59,500 nucleotides of DNA from Halobacteriota archaeon. GTDB taxonomy: Archaea; Halobacteriota; Bog-38; Methanoflorentales; Methanoflorentaceae. A model generated the notes under the pieces. That model made no database searches and had not been told where the DNA came from. It was given only the letters and a program-made list of their open reading frames with translations. The position numbers and the translations under genes are program-made. Location: positions 1 to 59,500 of the forward strand of contig JBEKIR010000003.1 of the NCBI GenBank assembly GCA_050011655.1, read 5' to 3'. Below, one piece after another: positions 51,029-59,500 of the stretch; the stretch's first letter is position 1; the number at the start of each line of letters is the position of its first letter.

Positions 51029-52369
51029 TCAAGGTTTCACCGCGATGTTCTGGCCATTTCTTAGTAGGTGAATATTATCCCTCAGGCTGTAACCCGCTTC
51101 TTCTGCAAGTTCTACGTAGGAGCTTGTCATCGTTAGATCTCCGTGCGTGGGAAATATATGGTCTGGCTTGAGCATCTTGATCAGCTCCCAGTGGTCTTCG
51201 CGGGCTGCGTGGCCCGACACGTGAACATCAGTATAAAGCCTTGCCCCTCTCATTTTGAGCTTGGTTTCTACTGAATATCGATAAGCTGCGTTTATTGGGG
51301 TTGGTATCACCTCTGCAGAAAACACTATTTTGTCACCCGGCGCCACTTCGTAAGGCGTTAGCCCGTTTGCGACCCGCGTGAGCATCGCTTCTGGTTCTCC
51401 TTGATGTCCAGTCATAATTGGAAGATACCTTTCTTTCCCTTCCTGCGCTACTCTCCTTAATACCTTTTCTACAGATCTTCTATTCCCGTAGACTCCGATG
51501 TCATTGGGAAGCTCGACGTATCCCATTTTTTCTGCAGTTCCTAGGTATCGTTCCATAGAGCGACCTAGGACCAGCGGGCGCCGGTCCATCTCGCGAGCTG
51601 CTTCGAAGATCGTCTTCACGCGGGCTATATGTGACGAAAACGTAGTTACGAGCACTCCGTTGCCTTCTTCTTCAGTACCGAGAAGAACGTCACGCACCAA
51701 GTCTTTCGCTATCTTTTCTGAAGGGGTTTTTCCCGCCTCCTTTACGCGAGTACTTTCGACGATGAGCGCGAGCACTCCGTCTTTTCCTAAACTCTTTAAG
51801 CGATTGAAGTCGGGGGGCTTGCCAATAACAGGCGTCCGATCAAGCTTGAAATCGTTCGCATAGACTAGGGCACCGGCCGGCGTATGCAGAACGGCGAATA
51901 TTGGATCGGGTATACTGTGCGTCGCCCGCACAAATTCAACCGCTATGTCGGGAGTTATTTGATAAACCTGCCCTGCTTCGAGCGTGTAAAGGGGATTCTC
52001 GACGCCGAACTTCTTCTCGACGCGGATCTGTTGGGCGATGAGCTCTGCCGTAAACGGCGTTGATATTATCGGGGCTTCATACCTGTGGGCAAGCTTGGGG
52101 ACGGCGCCTATATGATCGAGATGTCCGTGCGTGCAGACTATCGCCTTGACTGATCTCTTTGCTTTACTTAGTGTCGCGTCATTTGGTATCGCGCCCATCT
52201 TGATAAGGTCTATAGAATGCATCTTCTCGATTTCTGCATCCTCGTGAATTGCAATTCGATCGAGCCTAAGGCCCATATCTATGATTACTATGTCTTCGTT
52301 CACCCGAATAGCAGTCATGTTGCGCCCGACTTCTTCGTAGCCGCCAATTGCGTTAACTTCTATCTCCAA
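51029..52369 (-). CDS. rnj: Ribonuclease J (beta-CASP)
   Basis: HGHLDH, HSIPD, DFK, TG.QGEP, HVSGH. Confidence 0.94.
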   Translation of the reverse strand: MEIEVNAIGGYEEVGRNMTAIRVNEDIVIIDMGLRLDRIAIHEDAEIEKMHSIDLIKMGAIPNDATLSKAKRSVKAIVCTHGHLDHIGAVPKLAHRYEAPIISTPFTAELIAQQIRVEKKFGVENPLYTLEAGQVYQITPDIAVEFVRATHSIPDPIFAVLHTPAGALVYANDFKLDRTPVIGKPPDFNRLKSLGKDGVLALIVESTRVKEAGKTPSEKIAKDLVRDVLLGTEEEGNGVLVTTFSSHIARVKTIFEAAREMDRRPLVLGRSMERYLGTAEKMGYVELPNDIGVYGNRRSVEKVLRRVAQEGKERYLPIMTGHQGEPEAMLTRVANGLTPYEVAPGDKIVFSAEVIPTPINAAYRYSVETKLKMRGARLYTDVHVSGHAAREDHWELIKMLKPDHIFPTHGDLTMTSSYVELAEEAGYSLRDNIHLLRNGQNIAVKP

Positions 52370-52373
52370 AGCG

Positions 52374-53438
52374 CTACCTCCTCACCTGAAGCTCAGCTAG
52401 GTTGAATCCTCGTTGTTGTAGTATCTGCCCAGTTTCGCCAGTGATGACGAGCGGGCATTGCTTTAGATCAGGGAGTGTCTTACATCCAGTTAGGAACATT
52501 GCGACTTTCAATTCTTCAACGACCGCCATTATCTCGCTTAGTACATATTTGGGCCCTTTAAATGCGGGTTTTAGCAGTGGCAAGCCTATCCCGCACAACG
52601 ACGCACCGAGTGCAATAGACTTGGCGACGTGGAGGCCGTTCCTGATCCCTCCAGTTCCGATTACGGGTAAGGTGCGGGATTCCAAAATGGAGATTGCGGT
52701 CGGTATCCCCCAGTCGGCATACAGCGCCCCCAACCTGTCTAGCAGGGGGTCTGTCTGCGCGCGGTACGATTCAACTCTTGCCCAGCTCGTGCCCCCAGCG
52801 CCGCCCACATCAATCGCAGAAGCGCCTGCCTTTTTTAACTGAGCTGCTGCTTCTCTCGAAATCCCCGCACCCGTCTCTTTTGCGATCATTGGCACCCGAA
52901 GCGAATCGGCAAGTGATCTCATCGCGTCGAGGCATCCTTCAGCGTCCGTATTACCCTCTGGTTGCACCGCCTCTTGCAGGAAATTCAGATGAATTGCCAA
53001 TGCATCTGCGTCAACCATATCGATCAACCGGTCAATGATCTCCATATCATACTCCTTAACTTGTGTGGCCCCAATGTTAGCCACTACAAAAGCGCTGGGG
53101 GCTCGCTCTCGAACTATGCTGAACGACTCGACCTGGTCAGGATGTTCAATTGCTGCGCGCTGACTTCCCACACCAATGCCGATGCCGAGTCGCTCTGCGG
53201 CCTCTGATAACGCAGCGTTGATAGCAGTTGTCTCTTCGTGTCCGCCTGTCATTCCTGCTATAAAGACGGGAGCTGTGAACCGCCTTTTTAAGAACTTAGC
53301 AGTCGTTTCGATCTGTGACTTTGTCAATTCAGGAACTGCGTTGTGTACGAATCTGATATCATCGAGGCCTGTTCTTCCTGATTCGACATCTTCAGCAGCA
53401 CAGAGCATTAGTTGCTCAATCTTACGGTTCGTTGTCAT
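52374..53438 (-). CDS. fni: Type 2 isopentenyl-diphosphate isomerase
   Basis: MTGG, GSQR, N..QE..QPEG, KETGAG, GGTSW, WGIPT. Confidence 0.96.
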   Translation of the reverse strand: MTTNRKIEQLMLCAAEDVESGRTGLDDIRFVHNAVPELTKSQIETTAKFLKRRFTAPVFIAGMTGGHEETTAINAALSEAAERLGIGIGVGSQRAAIEHPDQVESFSIVRERAPSAFVVANIGATQVKEYDMEIIDRLIDMVDADALAIHLNFLQEAVQPEGNTDAEGCLDAMRSLADSLRVPMIAKETGAGISREAAAQLKKAGASAIDVGGAGGTSWARVESYRAQTDPLLDRLGALYADWGIPTAISILESRTLPVIGTGGIRNGLHVAKSIALGASLCGIGLPLLKPAFKGPKYVLSEIMAVVEELKVAMFLTGCKTLPDLKQCPLVITGETGQILQQRGFNLAELQVRR

Positions 53439-54199
53439 TCTTTTTCTGCGGAGATGGTCGTACCCACATCTTGGTGCGACGTTAAAAACTTAGTGATGTT
53501 GCCGTCGTAAGTTGCGTTGAATATTTCCGACTGAATGCCTGACTTAGCAATCTCCAGAAGCTCCACAACTTTGTGCAACATCCCCCCGGTTACGTCCGTA
53601 GACTTGGAACCGAGAATTCCATCGCGGTATTTTTCAAGCTCACCGGGGTTAAGATGGTTCAGTTTTTTGTCTCGATACATGATTCCATCGACGTCTGTGC
53701 CGACTCCTATTTTTTTTGGGAGCATCTTTCGTGCGAGAAACGCTATTATTTGATCACCTGACAGGATGTTGAAGCCATCTAAGCGATCCATTACGACGTC
53801 GCCGTGAAGCACTGGGATGATATTGTTGTTAAGCATAAGCTCTAAAGCGTTCGTATCAAAATGCGTGATCCGACCGGCATCTAGCGTAACGCTATTAAGT
53901 GGGTGGATCGGCAATGCTGCCGCGCTTTGAGACTGGAGTTCGTCTATGAACGCGGTGTTTAGCGAGCGCACGGCGCAATGGGTCTTCCACATTCCGCTTG
54001 CGCTAAAACCGTTGGATAAGTACTTGACAACTTGCGGGTGCCCAAAGGAGCCCGCTCCGTGGACAAGAATGAGAGGTGAACTCTTTGTGTCGGCGATTTG
54101 TCGAGCGACCATGCGCAAGTTGTCTTCTCGCAAGGTGCTCTCTCGCCCTTTGTCCGTCAATACTGAGCCGCCGATCTTAAGCAATATAACGTTGGTCAC
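53435..54199 (-). CDS. ipk: Isopentenyl phosphate kinase
   Basis: KIGGS.LTDK, HGAGSFGH, SGD, DVTGGM..K. Confidence 0.93.
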   Translation of the reverse strand: MTNVILLKIGGSVLTDKGRESTLREDNLRMVARQIADTKSSPLILVHGAGSFGHPQVVKYLSNGFSASGMWKTHCAVRSLNTAFIDELQSQSAAALPIHPLNSVTLDAGRITHFDTNALELMLNNNIIPVLHGDVVMDRLDGFNILSGDQIIAFLARKMLPKKIGVGTDVDGIMYRDKKLNHLNPGELEKYRDGILGSKSTDVTGGMLHKVVELLEIAKSGIQSEIFNATYDGNITKFLTSHQDVGTTISAEKE

Positions 54200-54204
54200 G
54201 TCTG

Positions 54205-55128
54205 TTATGCCTCTACTTGCAGGCCTAAACTAGAAATCGCAGTGGTGAACACCAGAGCGCCTTGTTTTGCGATAGCTTGTGTAACGTGGTCGACCTTTCC
54301 GTCTGTTGCAATCGCCAATATACATCCGCCACGGCCAGCGCCAGTGATTTTGGCACCGAGCGCGCCTGCCGTTCTCGCTGCGTAGATTAATCTACTGAGT
54401 GTAACGTCGCTTACCCCGAGCGACTCGAGGAGCCCTTGGTTGATATTCATAAGCTCGCCTACGCTGATGAGGTCTCCATCAGCCAGCTTCTGTTCTCCCA
54501 AGCGCGTGATACCCCCTATTGAAGACATCACGTCACTCACCACGGAAGGGTAGTTCTTTTTCAAATCAGATACAAATGCGATGACGTCCCGGGTTGCCCT
54601 CTCAACGCCTGTTGCGCCGATTATGATGGGCATGTCAAGCTGCGCGAGATGAGATGTTTTGGTCTCTTCTACTAAGACCATACCGCCGGTTGAAGAAACA
54701 AAGGTATCTGCGGGGCTCGCCGTACCCTGAACTTCGTTTTCGACCTTATGGCCTATCTTCGCTACCGTTTCATTATCGAGCTCAATGCCGAGACTCGCAG
54801 TTAGAGCTTTTATAGTTGACACTGTAACTGCGGCGGAAGAGCCTAACCCTTGTCGCGGCGGCAATTCCGACCGTATCGTTATCTCAGCGCCAAAGTCTGT
54901 TTCAAACAGTTGTTTGATCATTTGAGCGGCACAACAGGCGTACTTAAACTCTTCACTGGAGCAGTTCGCGCGCTTGTCCATGGCATCTATGGTGATTTTT
55001 CCCGAAGATGTCATCTCTACTGACACACTCGCACGCAAGTTTATCGCGCATGCTATCGCCGGCTCTCCGTAGACAACAGCATGCTCTCCGAACAGATAGA
55101 TCTTGCCTGGAGCCGAACAGGTTATCAT
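54205..55128 (-). CDS. mvk: Mevalonate kinase
   Basis: PGK.YLFGEHAVVYG, GLGSSAA, KITGAG.GG. Confidence 0.95.
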   Translation of the reverse strand: MITCSAPGKIYLFGEHAVVYGEPAIACAINLRASVSVEMTSSGKITIDAMDKRANCSSEEFKYACCAAQMIKQLFETDFGAEITIRSELPPRQGLGSSAAVTVSTIKALTASLGIELDNETVAKIGHKVENEVQGTASPADTFVSSTGGMVLVEETKTSHLAQLDMPIIIGATGVERATRDVIAFVSDLKKNYPSVVSDVMSSIGGITRLGEQKLADGDLISVGELMNINQGLLESLGVSDVTLSRLIYAARTAGALGAKITGAGRGGCILAIATDGKVDHVTQAIAKQGALVFTTAISSLGLQVEA

Positions 55129-55174
55129 CTATGTTGGTTCTCGTTGCAAACTCTTTTCAAGCTCGTTTTCAGCA

Positions 55175-55933
55175 TCAGGCCATAATTATCCCAGCATAGC
55201 CGACCACCGCAGTTGAATCGCCACAGCTGTCTGCACTCGTAGAATAATCGATAAGCTCTCCTCGCTTGGCGCCTCGACGTTTCGCGAATTCGATGGCAAC
55301 CGCTATTGGGGCAAAGCCGCACACAGAGGTCGAGCGAGCTCGCGTAAGAAATTCTAGCGACTCCAGTTTTAGAATGGGCTCTATTACCCACTGATCGGTT
55401 GTTCTCGCGGCGTGCTCTGGCGCGTAATGCGTAAAATCGCTAGAGGCAATAAGTACGCTGTTTTCGTCGGCAACTCTTTGGATTGCCCCGAAAACGTGCT
55501 GTATCGATTCAGGCCCTTGAAGTCCCATGGTAATAGGGACGATTTCGAAGTCGTCGAATAGGAACTGTAGGAAGGGCAACTGAAGTTCTATCGAATTGTC
55601 TTCTTTGTTGGCGTCATTATTCACGTCGATATCGAGTGCATCCACAATATCCGTGTTCACCTTCACTTTCCCGAGGGGAGTCAGCCACGGTTCGTTCGAG
55701 ACCGAAATAACGGGATAATGGTGATTTGGGCCGATGATTATGTAGGTGGCCACCTTGGGAAGTATCGAAAAAACCTTTCCTGCCGTCACACCTGAACAGG
55801 CGTAGCCCGCGTGAGGAACCACCACACTCGTGAGCGGACGCGGATCTGGCCTCCCAACGAAGCTACGCAAAAGCTCTTCCAGCGCCATGGGGTCACTCGG
55901 GTACCACGACCCTGCTTTTGCAGGTTTCCTCAT
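55175..55933 (-). CDS. MEMO1 family protein (AmmeMemoRadiSam protein B)
   Basis: AG.WYP, PHAGY..SG, GPNH, SSDFTHY, CG..P, VGY. Confidence 0.92.
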   Translation of the reverse strand: MRKPAKAGSWYPSDPMALEELLRSFVGRPDPRPLTSVVVPHAGYACSGVTAGKVFSILPKVATYIIIGPNHHYPVISVSNEPWLTPLGKVKVNTDIVDALDIDVNNDANKEDNSIELQLPFLQFLFDDFEIVPITMGLQGPESIQHVFGAIQRVADENSVLIASSDFTHYAPEHAARTTDQWVIEPILKLESLEFLTRARSTSVCGFAPIAVAIEFAKRRGAKRGELIDYSTSADSCGDSTAVVGYAGIIMA

Positions 55934-55944
55934 AGCTACTCTCT

Positions 55945-56541
55945 CTAGATCTCTATTTCGAAATCTTTGACTGCGTAGCCCGTCTGTACCCCGCGAAGCT
56001 TGGTGATCTCCTTTGCGAGGAGCCAGTAGATAAGCGCTAACGCTTTCCGTCCTTTGTTGTTGGTGGGGATGACGATATCAATGTGTGTTGTCATATTATT
56101 TGTATCGCACATGGCAATTACTGGAACGCCAACATCCACAGCTTCCTTAACGGCTTGTGAATCTCCAATAGGGTCCGTGACGACAACTACATCTGGTTCA
56201 ACGAAGTCGCGGTACTCTGGATTTGTCAATGTGCCCGGTATAAAGCGTCCCACAACTGATTTTGCTCCGGTTACTTTAGCAAACATTGTTGCGGGAAATT
56301 GACCGTATTGCCGTGCTGAAACCACAAGTATGCGGGCCGGGTCGAATTTACTGAGAAATTTGGCTGCAATTCTTATGCGCTCGTCTGTAGCCTTCACGTC
56401 CAGCACGTAAAGACCGTCTGCTCGAACGCGATAGACAAAGCGCTTCATGTCTTCTGTTTTTTGCTGCGTGCCTATGTGCACACCTGCAGCTAAGTACTCG
56501 TCAACAGGGATGAGAGATTTGTATTCTGTGGTCTCTTCCAT
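55945..56541 (-). CDS. rps2: 30S ribosomal protein S2
   Basis: [25 protein letters not shown]; ATG 56541 after GAGGTG. Confidence 0.97.
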   Translation of the reverse strand: MEETTEYKSLIPVDEYLAAGVHIGTQQKTEDMKRFVYRVRADGLYVLDVKATDERIRIAAKFLSKFDPARILVVSARQYGQFPATMFAKVTGAKSVVGRFIPGTLTNPEYRDFVEPDVVVVTDPIGDSQAVKEAVDVGVPVIAMCDTNNMTTHIDIVIPTNNKGRKALALIYWLLAKEITKLRGVQTGYAVKDFEIEI

Positions 56542-56554
56542 TGATCCACCTCTT

Positions 56555-57643
56555 TTAGATCGGTTTTTTCGCCATCCTGTAGCTTGATCCGTCAAATAGT
56601 TCTTGTTCTATCCGTATAAGTTCATTGATTTTTGCGGTGCTCTGTCTGCCCTTGATGCTCAGTTTGACAAAGGGAGCGGACAAAGCAACGGCCAGCTGCG
56701 ACGGTGATGCGTCGCACGTCGCAGAACTGTCGGTAAGCAAAGCGCAGCTGCGGCCATTGGCCTTCTCCTGGGAGTACGTTTTGAAAACGCTCGAAACCGT
56801 ACGTGTAGGCGCAATTAATGCAAAATTAGTCTCCCTGCGACGCTTCGCGGAACGCGCATCTGCAATGCTCGTGTCGATATTCGCCTCTGACGCTATCAGA
56901 CACGTCACGCCTAGCTCATCGGTTAGCTGTCGCTGAAACTCAGACTCTGTTCGGTCGAAGGCATCTTCGATGTAATACAGATCGTACTGGCGGGCGAGAT
57001 CTAGCAGATACTGCAGTCGGCTGGTTCCCGTCGTGGAGGCGTGGTCCGCAAAACTAATCTTGCCCCGCGCGTGCTTCGAGGCTTTGAAATCCACACCTAG
57101 CTTGACCTCGAAGCCAAATCTGCTACTTACAGCGTCTGTGATTCTAGTCAACCGATTCAAAATGTCGGTGTGAGCAGAGTCTCCACGGATGTCCAGATTG
57201 TTGAGCTCTCGATGGATGCTTGCTAGTGAAGCAATTGCGCTGGCAAATGAGCTCGCCCCTATTGGAATACCAAAATAATCAGCGTCGGCGCTAAAGATTT
57301 TTAGCAGAGGGTAGGGCATAGCATTCGCAAAGAAGCCTCCGAGGTAGCGATACAATGGCACCCCGAGAGAAGCCGCTGCCGCATTTGCAATTGCAACTGA
57401 GAAAGCCATACTCAGATTAGGCAATGAAAAGGTACTCTGTAGCACTTCGTCGATTTCTGTCTGCTGACTCACTTCCCTGCCGATGAGTGTAGGCACGTGT
57501 TCTCGCGCCCTTCTTATTGCCTCGCTTGGCGCCGGAAAAGAGCACCGGCCATAGCCGCTTGTGGTCACTATCTCTACTTCGGCCGCGTCGGTCGCGTTTA
57601 TGTCGAATACCTTGCTTACAGATACCGCCTCGATCGAGTTCAT
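56555..57643 (-). CDS. Enolase-like protein with a degenerate active site
   Basis: Q..ID, S.A.A.AAA....PLYRYLGG...MPYP, IED, AK.NELIRIE; occupies the eno position in the superoperon. Confidence 0.8.
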   Translation of the reverse strand: MNSIEAVSVSKVFDINATDAAEVEIVTTSGYGRCSFPAPSEAIRRAREHVPTLIGREVSQQTEIDEVLQSTFSLPNLSMAFSVAIANAAAASLGVPLYRYLGGFFANAMPYPLLKIFSADADYFGIPIGASSFASAIASLASIHRELNNLDIRGDSAHTDILNRLTRITDAVSSRFGFEVKLGVDFKASKHARGKISFADHASTTGTSRLQYLLDLARQYDLYYIEDAFDRTESEFQRQLTDELGVTCLIASEANIDTSIADARSAKRRRETNFALIAPTRTVSSVFKTYSQEKANGRSCALLTDSSATCDASPSQLAVALSAPFVKLSIKGRQSTAKINELIRIEQELFDGSSYRMAKKPI

Positions 57644-57831
57644 CGTGGGGTTCCTCGACGTTTTATCGTTATCGGAATCACCCCTTTCTTAAGTTCTTCT
57701 AGTGCCATGTCTATAGGATCTGTGGTGTTCGATTCTATCAATGTAGGGGCACCCATAGAAATCTGCAAAGCTCGCGCCCCGACGATTCTGGCCCTTTCAT
57801 AACGAGTAAGTTTTTCAATGACTTCTTTCAA
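57640..57831 (-). CDS. rpoK: RNA polymerase subunit Rpo6/K
   Basis: [21 protein letters not shown]. Confidence 0.97.
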   Translation of the reverse strand: MKEVIEKLTRYERARIVGARALQISMGAPTLIESNTTDPIDMALEELKKGVIPITIKRRGTPR

Positions 57832-57860
57832 TGACTCCCCTCCATCCTAAAGGGCCTGCA

Positions 57861-57934
57861 TGGGGTTGCTGAGATTCGAACTCAGGTTACGGCGTCCCGA
57901 ACGCCGTAGGATATCCAGGCTACCCCACAACCCC
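57861..57934 (-). tRNA. tRNA-Pro(CGG)
   Basis: GGGGTTG/CAACCCC acceptor, anticodon arm GGCG-TT-CGG-GA-CGCC, TTCGAAT T-loop. Confidence 0.95.
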
Positions 57935-57937
57935 TTG

Positions 57938-58126
57938 TCACTGATACGGAGCAAAAATATCAACAAGCTCTTTGTGTGTCAAAAGCATTCTGCGACAGCA
58001 GTATCGCTTTACGCCAAGATCATCCAACACTATCTTTGGATCTTCTCCAGCACTTATACGCTCCTTGTACTGATCCCAGTGTTTGGATATCACTGCGCCA
58101 CACGTAAAGCATCTTACGGGTATCAT
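57938..58126 (-). CDS. rpoN: RNA polymerase subunit Rpo10/N
   Basis: [17 protein letters not shown]. Confidence 0.98.
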   Translation of the reverse strand: MIPVRCFTCGAVISKHWDQYKERISAGEDPKIVLDDLGVKRYCCRRMLLTHKELVDIFAPYQ

Positions 58127-58138
58127 CTCTTAGCCTGA

Positions 58139-58543
58139 TTATCTGTAGGATTTTTGTCGCCGCGCTCGCGCACCTCGGCCGCCAAATTTCTTTGGCTCCT
58201 TCTGCCGGTAGTCATTCACAAGGAGCGTCCGATCTTGTTTCAGAAATAGATCTTTGATACTCAGATCGTTTGTCCAGTCAATTAATCCCCGAGCTATTGC
58301 TGTTCGGGCTGCGTCGGCCTGTCCGACGACTCCTCCACCTCGGACGGTTACGCCGATATCAAGTCCTTTTGCCAAATCGCCGGCAATGTTCAACGGTTCT
58401 TGGATCTTCTCTCGCACAAGCGAGGGCTCAACGACGTTGAGAAGCTTTTTGTTGATCCTCACCACGCCTTGTCCTTCTTTGAAAGAAGCCCGTGCGATTG
58501 AGGTTTTGCGTTTGCCGCTTGAGTTGATTGTTTTTTGGCCCAT
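58139..58543 (-). CDS. rps9: 30S ribosomal protein S9
   Basis: [27 protein letters not shown]. Confidence 0.98.
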   Translation of the reverse strand: MGQKTINSSGKRKTSIARASFKEGQGVVRINKKLLNVVEPSLVREKIQEPLNIAGDLAKGLDIGVTVRGGGVVGQADAARTAIARGLIDWTNDLSIKDLFLKQDRTLLVNDYRQKEPKKFGGRGARARRQKSYR

Positions 58544-58553
58544 GTATCGGATC

Positions 58554-58973
58554 CTATTTCTTAGCCCCGAGTTGTTGGGAGATCTTTCCTACCTCCACAA
58601 CCTTAATGGTGCTCAATCTTGATTTTTGCGCGCGTTCAAGCGTTTCAGCCTTGACACTGGAAAGCTCAGCTGGCGTTCCAACGTAAACTCGTAGCCGTCC
58701 GAATGCCGCTCTGCCGACTGATTTTTTATACGGCAACATCCCTCGAACCGTACGTCGTAGAATCATGTCTGAACGCTTAGGAAAATATGGTCCTTTTTCT
58801 TTGGAGCCTTTCTTTCGCAGGGTTTGATACTTTGACAGCGTTGTTTCTGGCGACCCTGAAACTATCGCGCTTTCCGCGTTAATGACATCGATCTGTTCAC
58901 CGGATAACAGTCTTTGAGCCACGATGCTGGCAAGACGCCCAAGTATTAATCCGTTAGCGTCAATTACTGTCAC
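58554..58973 (-). CDS. rpl13: 50S ribosomal protein L13
   Basis: [24 protein letters not shown]; GTG start 58973. Confidence 0.97.
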   Translation of the reverse strand: MTVIDANGLILGRLASIVAQRLLSGEQIDVINAESAIVSGSPETTLSKYQTLRKKGSKEKGPYFPKRSDMILRRTVRGMLPYKKSVGRAAFGRLRVYVGTPAELSSVKAETLERAQKSRLSTIKVVEVGKISQQLGAKK

Positions 58974-58993
58974 AAATCTGTCTCTCCTATATT

Positions 58994-59362
58994 TCAACGT
59001 ATGATCTTCACGTGACTGCCCCTTGGAGATACCTGGGCGATTTCATCGAGCGACAAGACGGTCCCTCCCGCTGTAAGGATTTTTGACCGCGCGCTATCAC
59101 TAAAACTCGGCGCACCTATGGATATCGGATGGTCGATTGATCCCGCGCCAAGCACTTTACCAGGGACAATAACTACGTCGCCCGAGTTCGTATGTCGGTT
59201 GAGCCGGCTCAAATTGACTTTGGCGTAGTTATTTGATGGCGCCTCCAACCTTTTAGCAAGCTCTCTCCAAATATTTGCTTGATGCTGTCGTGCGTGCGCT
59301 TTGAAAGCGTCTATCTGTAACATCAACTGAGGATTGGTCTTCCGTACACTGTGCTTTGCCAT
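58994..59362 (-). CDS. rpl18e: 50S ribosomal protein L18e
   Basis: KTNP, VNLSRL, VPGKVLG.G, FS..A..KI..AGG; ATG 59362. Confidence 0.96.
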   Translation of the reverse strand: MAKHSVRKTNPQLMLQIDAFKAHARQHQANIWRELAKRLEAPSNNYAKVNLSRLNRHTNSGDVVIVPGKVLGAGSIDHPISIGAPSFSDSARSKILTAGGTVLSLDEIAQVSPRGSHVKIIR

Positions 59363-59387
59363 GCTATCTCCTGTCAAGCATTTCGAA

Positions 59388-59472
59388 TGCGGGGGGTGCG
59401 ATTTGAACGCACGAACTCCTATGAGACTAGGCCCTCAACCTAGCGCCTTTGACCAAGCTTGGCAACCCCCGC
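59388..59472 (-). tRNA. tRNA-Leu(GAG)
   Basis: Acceptor GCGGGGG/CCCCCGC, anticodon arm CTAGG-TT-GAG-GG-CCTAG, long variable arm. Confidence 0.96.
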
Positions 59473-59500
59473 CTATCCAAACGTTCCGAGGTACGTAGCT

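Noticed and set aside
57860-58138. 92-aa plus-strand ORF
   Set aside because: Antisense shadow of tRNA-Pro and rpoN.
19434-59472. A 40-bp identical direct repeat of the tRNA-Leu 3' half about 40 kb apart, resembling attL/attR
   Set aside because: Both copies are complete tRNAs with different anticodons, the DNA between them is core housekeeping, and there is no integrase.
1-59500. CRISPR arrays, IS elements, prophage, and Sec/Pyl readthrough
   Set aside because: No spaced repeats, transposase, integrase or capsid motifs were seen, and no gene shows homology continuing in frame across a single TAG or TGA.

Overview
Archaeal chromosomal segment, most likely from a methanogen-type member of the Halobacteriota (Methanocellales/Methanosarcinales-like; inferred from mch, the gltX TLGS variant and gene order). 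It is mostly housekeeping DNA: hisH, moaA, dnaG, rimI, a GTPBP1 GTPase, mch, EndoQ, dacZ, glmM/glmU, grpE-dnaK-dnaJ, nadE, dph5/dph6, and the conserved rpl18e-rpl13-rps9-rpoN-tRNAPro-rpoK-eno-rps2-memo-mvk-ipk-fni-rnj-idsA-gltX superoperon. Three tRNAs are present: Leu-TAG with a BHB intron, Pro-CGG and Leu-GAG. A roughly 14 kb variable surface-glycan island (about 23.4-37.2 kb) lies between two glmU paralogs and contains decaying genes. Most notable: (1) the family-B DNA polymerase is split into two adjacent intact genes just after the YGDTDS motif, with no intein; (2) a coupled BshC-like ligase plus PIG-L deacetylase pair sits near a GT4 and a Cys-rich radical SAM, suggesting an undescribed deacetylate-then-ligate sugar pathway; (3) several full-length ORFs lack catalytic residues (MetE-like, WecB-like, enolase-like); (4) there are a few strongly folded intergenic elements and a probable non-canonical grpE start. 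No CRISPR array, transposase or integrase was seen. All family calls come from motif recognition by eye; no database search was run.
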